DNA of 63,998 nucleotides, counting the filler, from Trypethelium eluteriae (taxonomy: Eukaryota), in NCBI GenBank assembly GCA_051942245.1. It is 3 parts of 3 records of this genome, joined end to end, with 100 filler letters (N's around TTAATTAATTAA, not from the genome) between each part and the next. Parts side by side here need not be neighbours in the genome. Positions count along the whole stretch, not along the records: positions 45,409 to 63,998 come from JAVECL010000554.1; 2 more parts are not named here. The stretch is one strand, 5' to 3'. The notes beneath the pieces were generated by a model. That model did not search any database, was not told where the DNA came from, and saw nothing but the letters and a program-made list of their open reading frames with translations. Each line of letters begins with the position of its first letter. The first letter of the stretch is position 1. This document shows, one piece after another, positions 50,501 through 63,554 of this stretch. Position numbers and translations under genes: made by a program.

Positions 50501-52326
50501 AGGGAACCGCATCCAGCAGTAACCTTCTTGTTACTCATGCTGCACTGCACTCCACAACGCTACGCTACGGTCGTAGTGCTTTCTCTTCTTTGATCAATCG
50601 ACATACTGCGTCTGAAACAGGAAGGGGCCACAGCCGACCCAGCAGCCTATTCAGTCACGTCTGTCTCGAAAAAGCTAGGGGACCACTAGAGGGCTACATG
50701 TACCCAACGTGTTAAAGCTCCGACCCCACAGGGACAGATAAACGACACCATGTACCCCCATGTCATGGTAGTGCTTAAGTTAGCACAACGGCGCAGGCAG
50801 GTTCGGCCTCTTCCGGGTTCGCCTAATAAGTGTCCTTCTAGAAAAACGGTCACTGCTTCGCGGAGTCGACTCCGTCTCCGGGGCTCTTTTCCTCTTTCAG
50901 ACTGGAGCCTCGAAAGACTCGAACCTGAAATACTCCGTAGTGGGGGACCAGGCCAGGACGATGCCCAACACTACACCACCTGTCTTTCGTGTAACTAAGA
51001 AACAAAATTCGTCTTGGGGGGAAAATGAGGCTGGAATGTCAGCGTCACCATCAGCAGATTCGGGCATCATCCATCATCAAACGAGCAAGCAAGGACGCCT
51101 GAAGTTGCTGCACCGAATGTTGAAGGTGCAAACTTTGCGGTGGTGCTCGTACGACGGCCCTGCAGAAAGAGGCAAAAAAGTCCGCTCGGCCGCCGCGTCG
51201 GTGCGTCACCGTCGAACGCGCGCGCGTGCACTCTCATACACGTGCAGCACATTATTTTCTTCTCTTGCTTCATCATTGAGGTGATTGACTTGACTGCGGG
51301 AGCAGCGGAGGCTCTAGAGAATTTACGCGGGCTAGGGTTTTTTTTCAACGAGGTGACGAGAAGGCAAGGGAGAGCGAGCGAGGCGAGTCAGGGTGAAACC
51401 CTTTCCTGAAAATCGCGCTTGAGCGCCCCCTCGAAAGTTGAGTCAGGATCTACTCTTTATGTACAGAGTGCTGTATGGAGAGAGAGTTGAAAGGCAACTA
51501 GTCGGATTGAGAGGACCGGTGATGCAGCTACCCCAAGAGCAGTCAGTGTGACTGGGTGGAGAATGGTTTGCTGTAGCTAGTCATGAGCAGTTAAGATTTC
51601 AGAAAACCCATGCGGATTTAGCAACGAGCATTGTTGTGCCTCGCGATGATGTAGAAAGCTCCATGAGTCGCGTTCAAAGGGTTTGATGCGGGGAGGAACA
51701 GCGTAGTCAGGGGTTGAAGCTTGTCATGGTAGGTCTTCGAGAGCACGGGGTACCATTCGGGCAAATGGTGTAAGCTCAGGGATCCAAGATCAATTTTGTG
51801 GGGCCGAAATTCGTATGGGGGAGAAACGAGGAAAAGAGAAATAGTGGAGCGAAGGAACGAAAAGCTCGCTGTGATGAGACGTTTGGAAAATTACACGGAA
51901 CTTGCCGAGGGCAACAGGAGACAATTAGCTGTCTTAGAGGAATATCGGTTTCAAGCCTCATATAAATTGGGGGGCCTTAGCTACTGGGTAGGGTTCGCGG
52001 CACTTGCCCAACGTTATGCCTAGGATCACTAGCATCGATTGTAAACCGTGTGAAAACTCACCCTCTCGGCAGAACCTTGGAGATGATCTATCATGGCTTT
52101 ATTAGCTGGAGTCATGGTTTCCATTTCATTTGTCGTAGTTTGGTTGATCTAGTCCTACATAATCGGTGATAATAATGCTATGGTATCTGGGCTCCATCCC
52201 TCCGGGAAACGCCTCTATGCAGCTGCTGGTAAGGTATGTCGAGATCAGGGGTATCGAAACCACTATGATTACAAACTGAGACTCCCCCGAAGATAGCCTT
52301 CCTCCCTGTGGAAAGGCACAATGATG

Positions 52327-52368
52327 TTGGAAACACTGATGAAAAAGTTGGAAACATTGATGAAAAAA
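52327..52368. repeat. 21-bp tandem duplication
   Basis: gttggaaacactgatgaaaaa followed by gttggaaacattgatgaaaaa. Confidence 0.8.
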
Positions 52369-52563
52369 GCAAAAACTTTCTGAAAGGCAAGTCTTCTCAT
52401 GTGGAGAGACGCAGTGGTGTGTGAACCACTCTTATAACCAGATCGGGTTTCCTGCAAGCGTTCTTCTTCTCCTCAAAAGACGCAATCTCGGAGATGCCCT
52501 TCCGTATCATCCCAGTTCGCACCGTGAGGGCGCCGCGCTATGCTGTAAAAGTACAAAAGTGCA

Positions 52564-55500
52564 TTATTCAATTGTTGGTTCTTCTGGCTGCAGAGCCTTA
52601 TCAATGAGTTCGCGAAGAGCTTTGAGTGAGATCTTCTGGCCGTCGGAGAGGGAGCCAAGGTCGACTTTATTAGAGGGAGCAGGGGAAATGGGTGCTCTAC
52701 CAGTGCTAACACTCTCGGAGACGGTAAGGTTGGCATTCTCACGCTCGCTCATACGTGCAACGACATCGGGCGGAGCTTCAGCCTAAGTAAGAACGCGGTT
52801 AGCACTGTGCAAATGTTGGATAGATATTGTTCAGTAGACTCACAATCAACGCCGCGACGAGATTATTGGTGTCATTCGAGTGATCAGACAAGCCTACACT
52901 GCTGCCAGACATTTGGAGCATGTTGAGGGCGGTCTTTACTTCCTCAAACGAGCGCTTCCGCGTGTTCGAAGCGAACTGTGGCTGACTCGGCTCAGCTACA
53001 ACCGGCGGAGCGCATGACGCTGCCTGCACGGGAGCTGTATGCACGGGAGCAGCAGTTGCCTGGTATGACGGTTTATACGCCGGCTTGGGATGAGCCCAGG
53101 ACCTGGATCATCGTGTCAGTACTATGATCATCGTCTCGTACTGTAAAATGTGGGCAAGTAGTAAACTTACTGTTTGACCTTGTCGATGAAATCAAGCTTG
53201 ATTCCGTGTTCAGGAAGACGATAGACAACACCATTTAGGCGCTCTTCTTCGTAGAAGCTATCTTCGTCACTGTCGCTCATCTCCACGTCGATGAGACCAT
53301 TGTTAACGAAACCCCGGCGGGAAGTTGTATCGATGACCGTAGCGTTCTTCGGCCTACGATAACGTAAAGTTCTCTGGCCATATGATTCATGGACCAGCAT
53401 TGGCGTGGGAATGGCAGCGAGGTCATGCTCCACGTGAGCAGGGCATGTCCAAGCAGCATTATCCAGCGGAGCTGGTGGGTTAGCACGCGGCGGATTAAGG
53501 CAATCCAAATGCCAATGCAAGCCGCAGCCAGGAACATCACAGGTGATAATTGGACGATTACCCATAGCAGACTTGTTGCAACGCCAGCAAATGATGAATT
53601 TGCCTTGTTTGGTAGTGAGTCTGGTGTAGTCTGGTGCCATTTCCCAGCCACTGCGATTCACCCTGTCACATATTAGTCATCGATCTTCCTACTCAGGCAA
53701 CCTGTTTGCTTTTACTTACTCGGCTTTTCTACGCCTCACAATACTTTCAAATTCTCCACCCTCTCCAGTACGCACGCCTTCGAAGCCATCTCGGATCTCA
53801 CGCGACAAGAAGAACGATTTAGTGTTGCGCCTTTGGATGTTGCTGGTCAGGTTGGCAAAGAGTCCACGTGGCGGGGTTGGCGGTGCCTCTCGCATTGTCT
53901 CGCAGCTGCAGCAATACCAAGGTGCATCGAACATGGGATCATTTTCTTGTTTTGGTGGGTCGAGGCAGCTGAAGTGAAAAGCGCTGTTGCAGCCATCACA
54001 GCAAAGGAGTAAACCGCTCGCACCGCAGGCAGTGCACTCGTCATCATTATCCGACGACTGGATCGAAGTTAGCTCATCCAAGAGGCATGAATATGGTGTC
54101 AAAATGGACGATGGTGATGATGACGCAGAGCGTTGTGGTGTTAATAGCATTGCTGCATAGATAGATAGAGAAGGGGAGGCAGGAGATGGAGAGAAGTTGG
54201 AAGAGAGTTTTGGAAAGGGTCTGACTTACACTCGTCTCACGCACATCGTTCCCGAGCGGGCTCTCACGTCCGCCACCAACCATTCGACCAATCCCCGCTG
54301 TACCTGTTCCGGACTTCTTCTTTTCTGGTCTGTGAAGGCAACATAGGTTAGCATACTTGCACATGATCTGTCTGAACTTTGAAGATCGATAATGAATATT
54401 TGGGGAAAACTTGGTAGGGAATGGAGTGGCTGGAGAGGACGTTGCACCCGCTTAGAACATTCATTGTCCGCGCGCTGGTACGCACTCAAATCACTTGGAC
54501 CCTTCATGCAAGTGATCCAGAAACTAAGAAAATTGGCATGATAAGACAGTAATACGTACGACATCTTGATTCGCGCAGACTTTGACTTGCGATTAGGCCG
54601 AGTCGGGCCTCTGGGAGTGGCTTGGCGTGATCCCCTGCTCGAACTTGGCAAAGAAATCCTGCCGGAGAGTCCATTAGTACCGCTGTGCATCATGTTCTTC
54701 TTGCCACTTTGATTTGAAGCAGGACGAGCGGAGTCCCCTCGCGAGACATCAGTGGCGCCGCCACCGTTCTTAATGAGTGGCTGACGGACATAGCTCTCGG
54801 TGAACTCGTCGTCAAACTTCTTCTCGAGCTTGCGCTTCTTGGCTGCACGTTCGTCGTCCAATCCATCGCTCTCATACTGGACTACAGGCGCGGCAGACTT
54901 GCGCCTGTTCGACTTCTGGGTGGATTTGTCGTTCTTGGGCGTCTGCTTCTTTGCTGCGCGCGCGTTTTTAGCTGGCGGAGCTGCTGCAGGTGGAGCTAGT
55001 GCAGCATCAGTGACGCCGGTGTAAACGTCTGTGATATCAACATCATCAGAATGGGTCGATGAGAGGGGAGAAGTTCCAGCACGCTCTCGTGGCTCTGAAA
55101 GTGAAGAGCCGCCGTTCATCTTAGCGGCATCGGCGTTGAGGAGGGAGAGGTTGGGCGGAGAGGCAGCGTCTGTGGTTGGGGTAGTATACGAGGCTTCAGC
55201 TGTATCATTCGATTCACGTGCTTTGTTTGCGTGAAGTGAGATGATGGTCTTGCCCGACTGGGCGTGAGCACGTCCTGAGGAAGGAGCGGCGGTGACGTCA
55301 GCATCAATACGACGCTTCTTGTTGGGGACATGTGCAGATTTTGGTTCTTGGCTCTCCTCTTTCTTCTCCTTCTTGATGAATTCCTGGAAGATGGCTGCAT
55401 CCGAAGCCGAAGGCTTTTGTGCCATTATATTGACGAGGACGGCGGTGATAGAAGGATCAGTTCTACCTGCGAGGAACATCTTGTGGATAGCTACAGCAAT

Positions 55501-56121
55501 ACTAGGCTTGCCGGAAGCTTTTGCCTTGTCGGCACATTTTTCGATGATGGCACCGAGTGCACGCATGCTTTCATTGGAACGACCATCTAAGGGCATGCGG
55601 GCCAGACGGTCTTGAATGGAAATGGAATTGGACCGGGTCACGCGTGATGATATGTTCGAACTTGCTTTAGGGATAGGCTCATCTCCAGCCTCATCCTCGT
55701 CATCATGATCGAGTGGTCGCTTAGTACCCTTGCGTTCTGATCGCCGTGATTCTGAACGGCGTGATTCAACAGGGGGTGTCGTTTCAGGTGTTTCTGCTTC
55801 AGCAGTCATAACGTAGTCCATGCCCTGATCAATGCTCGATTCTTGGTCAAGGTCCATCTTGGCCTTGCCTTTCAGTTTGGGTGGGAATGTGCCGAGAGGT
55901 TGCATTTGGCTCAGGACCATATGGGGGTTCAAGTTGTCGTCTTTCCAGGATGGTTGAGGAGGAAGAAGTGGAGGCTCGACAAAGCGTCCGCGCTGTTTGC
56001 TTCCTTGCTCTTTCTGCGCCCCGTTCAATGACGGAGTGGCATCGAGTGAGGATCGAAGTGCGGGGCTCGAGGTACGTGACGATTTTCGCGTGGCAGGACG
56101 TGAGGCCGCTGCGGAAGGCAT
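52564..56121 (-). CDS. RCO1: Double PHD-finger chromatin protein, Rpd3S subunit Rco1/Cph-like
   Basis: PHD1 [35 protein letters not shown]2 CWRC...[18 protein letters not shown]...WTCPAH; NNGLIDV and [16 protein letters not shown]; long low-complexity N-terminus; about five introns. Confidence 0.82.
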
Positions 56122-56995
56122 GGCCACCACTTCCGCGAGGGAATACGCGGTATCTGGGTCAGGTCAGTTCAGGGCAGCTATCTCAGGAGATGGAGGAGGG
56201 TCTTACCTCTCGTCGAGATGGGGTTTCAGGAGTATAAAAGTGGTAAGGTGAGAGTTCGGTCGGGCGCGAGGGGAGGACGGTGTTCAGTTGTAAAGTGAAG
56301 AGCTCGGCGGAGGAGGACAATCCCGCCGCACGGAGTTTGATGACCTATCAAATAATTGACCTGCACCAAACGTAGCAGATTGCTAGATTGGACAAGACGC
56401 TTCTGCTAATGGTAATTGTTTGTAGGCTGTTGGATTCAAGAAAGAAGGATGCGTTCTTGAAAACTTCTTAGCCTAGCTTTGCTGGTGAAAGGTGAAGAAG
56501 AAGAGAAGGTGCTCGAATGGAGAGAATTCGAGTATATATACCTACGCGTCTATGACTGAACGCAATCTCCAAATATCACAGCAAAGCTTGGCACTGACAT
56601 CAAATCGTTTGTAGAACTACGTAATCTCACAGGCAGCAATCGAGTTTATCAAGCCATCACTGCAAAGGCATTCATCACATCATGGTGCAACACGTGTAGT
56701 TGATTCTTGAACAAGTGATGGTAGTTTGTTCTGAGAGCCTATTCGAAAGTACATGATCTCATTTCATTAGATCCCATGAGTCCGGTAGCTTCAGCATAGC
56801 CTGGTGCTCGCGGTCTAGCTGCCGGATCTCACTCTGTCTTACTAAGTGTTGCCCCTGAGCCAGGGCGGTCACGTTTCTCGTGTTTGATGGACCGTGTCTT
56901 CCAATCAGAAAGGATAGGGAGAGGCATAACTTGCTGTGAAACGTCCATGGAATAGCAGGACCAGAGGCTGGCTATCATGGCTCCAAGTCAACCAG

Positions 56996-58560
56996 CTATT
57001 CTTCATCACTGTCATCATCATCTTCATCGTCATCATCCGCCTTCTTCGCCGGCCTCTTCTTCTTCTTTTTATTCTTGCTCTTTGAACCAGTATTCTTAGA
57101 TAATGGCTGCTCAAGGATCTCCAGGACCTCTTCGTCCGTGATCTTTTTATCTGTCTTGTATTTGGACAAGTCTGGCTCCGGGGGAGCGCTGAGGCGCGTC
57201 AAGCCATTCTTCGTGATTGCTGTGCTCCAGTTAGCACTTAGTTATGCTACTCGAGGAACGAGCTATGGTCACACAAAGGGAGTCTCGGGACCCGGTCTTC
57301 TGAAAGAAAGGATAGGATGATCTATAGAGAACGGAGGTGATCAGACACACAGAACTTACCAACGGTTGTAAAGAGTCTTGCCACAGGATCGTTGTCTTTG
57401 TCACCAATCACCTCGTATTGTCGAAGCACGTTTCCACGAACACACTCGACGACCCCAACTTTCGCAGCGCGTTCATCGTCTAACTGCCGCAGACTGAATG
57501 GGAATTGGCCAAATTTCTTTACAATTTCGGAAAGAGTAGCCCTTGAGCTAGGACGCTTCAGACCGTATGTTGTCGTCGTACGTCTATGTAAAGTTGGCCG
57601 GTTTGATAACGTTTTGACCTTGCCCGTGCCAAGACTAACGCCTATCTCAACGCCCCAGACATCGCCAACCTCAGGCAAGCCCTCGCCTTTGACGCCTTCG
57701 CCAGGAGAGAGAATGATCTTCTTTTTGCCTTCGATTTCGTTTCGTTCAAATAGCCAGCAAGTGGTACTTTCCACAATGTTGCAGTCATAGCTCTTTGCAA
57801 CCTTCTCGAGTAACGAGTTTATCTTAGCCTGGGTATATTGTTTCTTGGACGTAGCAGCCTTTTTCTTCTCTTCTTCAGTACCACTCGCCAGAAGACCTTG
57901 GGGAAGCATCGTGCGCAGTAAAAGCTCATTTGCCCAGTGTGTAGCAAGCAATAGATCAGCTTGCCGGCTTGGGATCTGATTGCCGTCGTTTTGTTTCGAT
58001 GGAATGACTAACGTGTCGCAAACTATGGTGCCGAAGCCATCAATTTGCGCGCCTAGCTGGACCTTGATAAATTCTCCAGCCTTTAATTTTGTCTCCGCCT
58101 CCTCTGGGTCAGATATGAGTGGTGTGTAGGGAGTGATGTACGAATCTGGGGAGACAGTTGTCGGGTGAGAGATGCCTTTGGCGATTTTCTTGCCCTTATA
58201 AACCTTAGCAATCTCTTCCTCGAGAAGTCTATCCCCGCGCTCGCAGAGATCCACAATCTTTGCTCCCTCGATGCACCATCCTGAATAGTGTTAGCCACAG
58301 CACCAGATCCATCTTCAGGGACCGCTTCATAACAGGATAAGATCAGGCAAAATTGACGTTTTCCATACCTGAAACGGCTTCGAGGACTTTCTGAGAAATC
58401 TGCGCAGCGGATTTGTACTTTGTGAGAGTATCAGGATTATTGAGACTGTAATCTATATTCCAAGATTAGTTGGGCTGAAAGATTCTGGAATAAGAATAAG
58501 GTATCGAAAGGTCGCAGAGGGTAAGAGCAGCGACTCACCAATCTGAGCCTCTTCAGCCAT
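56996..58560 (-). CDS. CDB4: Curved DNA-binding protein Cdb4 / PA2G4 (Ebp1)-like, peptidase M24 fold
   Basis: LNNPDTLTKYK, LCERGD, KGISHPTTVSP, VQLGAQIDGFG, LKRPSSR, FGQFPFSLRQL; basic and acidic C-terminus; four introns. Confidence 0.88.
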
Positions 58561-58750
58561 CTTGGAGCTTGCTCACGAGTGGAATTGAAGCAAGCATAGG
58601 CGAGCGAGAAAAGGAATGAGGGGTTGTTTTGATGGTCGTGTGCGGCGACCATTTTGGTGGTGGGGCTTGGTGGGCTACAGTATCGTACTTACGCCACAGC
58701 CCCCTGTCGCAGCTGTTCCTTCGACTGCACATCATCTATTTTTCTGAACA

Positions 58751-59731
58751 ATGGTTGAGGGGCCTCGAACGTTGCATGAAGCAAGCACAAGTCTGATACC
58801 TGTTCTCTTCTTGAAGACGAGATCTAGTCCACAGGACGGGTATCACGACTGCTTTTCCCACTGGGACGGCGGTTCCTATCTCCCGGAGTTTGTGCCTGTA
58901 CTCGAGCACCACCTGAAACGTGACTCGCTAAGCGAGCTTCTAAATCTGATCGAGTCCGGAGCGTTTTCAGTAGACAGGCGAGCCGAGAGCATTGAGACAT
59001 CTACAGCACATTACGGCGGTCTCGTCTTCACGTCCCAACGTTCAGTTGAAGCATTCACTCTCGTTGTTGGAAAGCTGAGGCAGAAGTCACTGTCAATAGA
59101 TGTACTCCTTCCGCCAGAGCTGCCATTGTATGTTGTTGGTCCTGCTACCGCCCGTGGATTGAAGGCCCTGGACCTTCATTGCTCGATCGTTGGAGAAGAT
59201 TCGGGAAACGGACAGATGCTGGCCAGTTTCATTTTGCAACATTACAAACAGGATGCAATACGCACAGCGAACGCGGACAAAACAAAACTTCCTATTATGT
59301 TCCTTGTTGGGGAGCAGAGGCGCGATGTCATACCAAGGACGTTGCAATCTGGGTCGCTAGAACCATCTGAGAGAATTGGAGTACAGGAGCTCGTCGTCTA
59401 TGAGAGCGGCGAACTAAGTACTTTTAGATCGGACTTCAAGAAGACATGGCTCCAGTGCCAACGATTTCCGCAGTCTTGGGTCGTTGTCTTTTCACCCACA
59501 GGATGCAAGGCCATGCTCGAAGAACTTAGCATGCTCGAAGAAGCTTCAGGCAAAATCAAGGAGAATATCGTAGGAATCCGGAGACCCTTAATAGCTACCA
59601 TAGGCCCAACGACCCGGGACTTTCTCGTCAGAGAGTTTGGATTGCAGCCAGAAGTTTGCGCAGGCAAGCCAAGTCCCGAGGGTCTTGGTGAAGCAGTCTC
59701 TGAGTTCATGCAGTCGCAAAGCCCGCAATAA
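58751..59731 (+). CDS. HEM4: Uroporphyrinogen-III synthase
   Basis: Intronless 326 aa; FVPVLEH, GGLVFTSQRSVEAF, YVVGPAT, FLVGEQRRDVIP, VVFSPTG, TIGPTT, KPSPEG. Confidence 0.93.
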   Translation: MVEGPRTLHEASTSLIPVLFLKTRSSPQDGYHDCFSHWDGGSYLPEFVPVLEHHLKRDSLSELLNLIESGAFSVDRRAESIETSTAHYGGLVFTSQRSVEAFTLVVGKLRQKSLSIDVLLPPELPLYVVGPATARGLKALDLHCSIVGEDSGNGQMLASFILQHYKQDAIRTANADKTKLPIMFLVGEQRRDVIPRTLQSGSLEPSERIGVQELVVYESGELSTFRSDFKKTWLQCQRFPQSWVVVFSPTGCKAMLEELSMLEEASGKIKENIVGIRRPLIATIGPTTRDFLVREFGLQPEVCAGKPSPEGLGEAVSEFMQSQSPQ

Positions 59732-60155
59732 AGTGCGCGGGAAACGCTGCGGCTAAGGAGGTTTTGTAATAATTCATTTCTTGTGTTGTTGCACCAAAAG
59801 GTCAGCGCCGTTCAAAGCTAAATAATCATGCTGACGTCATGGGCCAAACGGGATAACGCGTAGAGGTCTAGCAGAGAGTTCACGCGCTACTCGACGCGAC
59901 CGTTTACCTACTTTACCCTACGTTGTTCTATGAACCATCAATTCTCACTTCTACATTGTCTCCCAATCACCAATCTCACTGTAGTCTCTGTCATTTCTCA
60001 TCAATCAATCAGAGATTCATCCTGTTCACTTACAGCATCGTCACTTCACCTACCTCTAGACTTTGCTTCAAAGTCTGGTATTACCAGCCTTTTCACACCT
60101 CATACTATCTATTATGTTACGCATAGGCTTGAGAGCTTCAAATAAACATTTCAGA

Positions 60156-61468
60156 ATGCCAGGCACTCGTTCCTCTGCTCGCATTGCTGCGAATGGCTCA
60201 AGCCCCAATTCCTCTCAAGAGAAGGGGTCCTCTGCCAAAGCAAACGTAGGGAGTAAGCGTAAGGCAGATGCTGAAGCTTCCCCCGAGTCCAAACGTGGAA
60301 AGAAGGAGCAGAAGACTCTTGAAGAGACCATGCAAGGTGTTGATGCGGAAAAGAGTTCCGAGCAGCCTGAAGAGGTACAGATGGCAAGCGATGGCGAAGG
60401 CGGGGATGATCAGCCTGCGAATTTCAAGGGTAAGAGCTTCAGTGACTATACTGTCCCCGACATTTGACCTGGTCTGACGTATTCTTAGATGAGCAGCCTG
60501 CAGAAAACGAGGAGGATGAGAAACATAACGAAGACAATCATGATGGCCACACCAAGGAAGATGACAAAAGCGAGTCAAAAACTAATACTGCGGAGAACAC
60601 AAATAATGCCATTGAGCACTCCCCTGAACGTGAGAAAATGATGCCCTCGAGCATCTTGGAGAAAGGCATTATCTACTTCTTCACTCGTGGCCGCGTTGGC
60701 ATTGATGAGCCGGAGAGCGTGCAAGATATTGCTCGGAGTTACTTCGTGCTACGCCCTCTCCCCACTGATGCCAAACTTGGAGATGGTACGATTGAGGACT
60801 TAAAGAACAATCGGCTTTGCGCCTTGCCAAAGAAGGTGCTTCCCAAGAGTGGCCGAGATAGGTTCATGACTTTCATCGAGAAAGCAAACGTCACGATCCA
60901 AGATCTCAAGGATAACTTCATGCAAGGTTCCGATTATTCTACGCAAACAGCTGGCACACGACACGCTCCTCCGGTTACGCCGGTCGGTGAAGGCGTATAC
61001 GCGATCACCACTACCGGTCGTGAGTCTCACTTAGCATACTTGCTCACAATTCCCTCTGAGCCCGGTGAGGTCCAGGAAGAAATGGGCATTCGCTCCAAGG
61101 GTAGTTTCGTTCTTTCAGTCAAGAATCCCAGCACTAGCGGACCTGCCAACGCCAGTCTTCCCCAAGGACCAGATTATCCCAAGGAAATTATGGAGGAGTT
61201 CCGTGGACTTCGTTGGACGCCCGCAGCACCAAAATTCCTCGACTATGCCAACGCGCAATTTCTGCTCATTGGAGAAAGTGACGTGAGTAAGGCGCTTGAG
61301 CCGTCGACGAAGGATGAAAAGCACGGTAAGGAGAAGCCGGAGGAGGAAATGGAGGCGTTGGAGGGGGAAGATGAGCTCCGTGTGAAGCATCTGAGCGGTG
61401 ACGATACCATCTTTGATGACTTGGGAATCAGTCAGAAGGAATACCCCGGCGTCCAGACGACTTGGTAG
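60156..61468 (+). CDS. Conserved fungal protein of unknown function (acidic disordered N-terminus; family often mislabelled BTB-domain transcription factor)
   Basis: MPGTRSSAR start, intron ~60430-60488, conserved-looking ILEKGIIYFFTRGRV, GEGVYAI, SHLAYLLTIP, GSFVLSVKNP, FLDYANAQFLLIGE. Confidence 0.75.
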
Positions 61469-62165
61469 CGACCAGTTCGGTCACACTGCGTGCAACGACT
61501 GAGCGATCAATCGTTCCAGTCACTTTATTCTAGCTTCTCTAACAAGCCTTACAAACATCAACAAGGAAAGCCGGGCTGAGCAGATCTTTGCTCTAGGTAT
61601 CTACGTGCGATAGGTCATTGGCAGATGCATTTGATTGGCGGAGCTTCTGAGAGGATTGAGACTTGCTTATTGAGAGAGGCAGCATATCCATAATACGAGA
61701 TTCCAAACACTTCAACCGCAAATGACTGCATTCGTAGATTGATGACATGTCTTACCTTCTCCTTTTGCACACTTACCCTAGGGGTTCCGCGTGTACTGAT
61801 GTGTAGTGTTAGCAGTACAACCAAACCCTCCTATCGTAGTTCCCTCCCACGATCCCATTTGGGTGAGACTTAACGGGCTGACTTTTTCTTAGGAGCGAGG
61901 GTTAGCTTGTTTTCAATCCTATACCTTGTAGTTGGTGGCTGTACTACAGCGCAGATCGGTCCGATAGAATTCAGGTTCGAGGCAGAGGTTCTTACTCGAG
62001 TAGATCGCTATTATATCGCGGTCCCAAATCAATCGAGGGAGTGATATAAGGTAAGCGGCCCAAGTTTCAAAGTCCCGAGAGAAGCTAGAGGTAGAGTACC
62101 GGGTAGAAAGGAGGTCTTATCGCGGACTTCCCTCCGACCTCCAATCCTTACTTCCATCGGGACTC

Positions 62166-63315
62166 ATGGCTACGGCCTCAGTAGGTGCGTCCCCCGGCGT
62201 GCCAGTCCTCCTTCGAACACCTGAAAATCAGCAAAATGGGTCTCCAAAGAAGGCCACCATGGAGCCCAACGTGCTGAACGTGGTGCTTGGCAAACTCCTG
62301 ATCAAACCTTGGTACCCTTCGTTCTATCCCGAAGAGCTGGTTGGGAGGCGGACAGAGAGGCTCTATGTATGCCAGTATTGTTTTAAGTATTCCAAAGAAT
62401 TGATGCCTTGGTTGGCGCATACGGTGAGTGAGCTACTTGGAAAGACGAGAAGGGAATCAGGATAGTAGTTAATGCATGGAAGCAAGAAAGTCTGCAAGAA
62501 CAAGCAGACTCCACCACCAGGAGACTTAATATACCATAAAAATGAGTACTCGATACACGAGGTTGATGGCGAAGAGTACAAAGTGAGCTGGAATTTTTCT
62601 ACGCTCCATTATATCTCATGTTTCCATGCTGATGAGCAGATTACAGCTCTATACCCAAAACCTCTCCCTCTTTGCCAAGCTCTTCCTTGAGACCAAATCC
62701 GTCTTCTACGATGTCACAACATTTCTCTACTATCTCCTCATCCATACAGATCCCAATACCAATGAAGGGCAAGTTATCGGCTTCTTCAGTAAAGAAAAGC
62801 TCAGTTGGGATAACAATAACCTCGCGTGCATTATCATCTTCCCGCCATGGCAGAGGCGAGGTTTAGGCCAGATTCTAATGGGCATTAGCTACGAGCTGAG
62901 CAAGCGCGAAGGTCGACTCGGAGGGCCTGAAAAACGTAATATACCCCTCCACCTTGAGAAGCTGGAGTAGCGAGGAAACTGATGTGCTTGCTTCTATATA
63001 GCTCTCTCCGAACTTGGTCTCAAAAGTTACATCCTCTACTGGTCCGGCGCTATAGCTCGCTACCTTCTCAATGTCCCTGCCAAGAAATCCATCAGCGTTC
63101 GTACCGTAAGCGAAGAGACGTACATGCAGCCAGAAGACGTCGTTATGGCATTGAAGGATATGAAGGTTTTAGATCCTGGGAAAAAGGTGGATGCGGGAAT
63201 GACAGTAAACAAAGCGAGGTTGAGACAATGGGTAGAGGCGAACAGGGCAAGCGCTGTCAATCCGGTGGATCCGCAGGACTTCGTAACGAGGGAGGAGGAT
63301 GATGACGAGGGATGA
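62166..63315 (+). CDS. SAS2: MYST-family histone acetyltransferase, Sas2-like
   Basis: PWYPSFYP, LYVCQYCFKY, PPGDLIY, QNLSLFAKLFLETKSVFYDV, GFFSKEK, NNLACIIIFPPWQRRGLG, GGPEK|PLSELG; no chromodomain. Confidence 0.85.
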
Positions 63316-63554
63316 TGACCGCGGGCACATGCAATCTGGTGCTTGCAGCGAACTACAGTGGGTGAAACATGAGATTGGCGTTGGGCGCTGTATACCCATT
63401 TCGGAGCATATCTGAGGGTTTTCAGGGATGGCACATGAAGAGCATCTTCGTTTCTTGGTCGATAGAAGAATCCTCGTCCCATTGTCTCTTAATAAATGCA
63501 GCATTCAATCATTAGTACATGTCGGATGATGCTTTCTATAGCACCATCAAGTCC

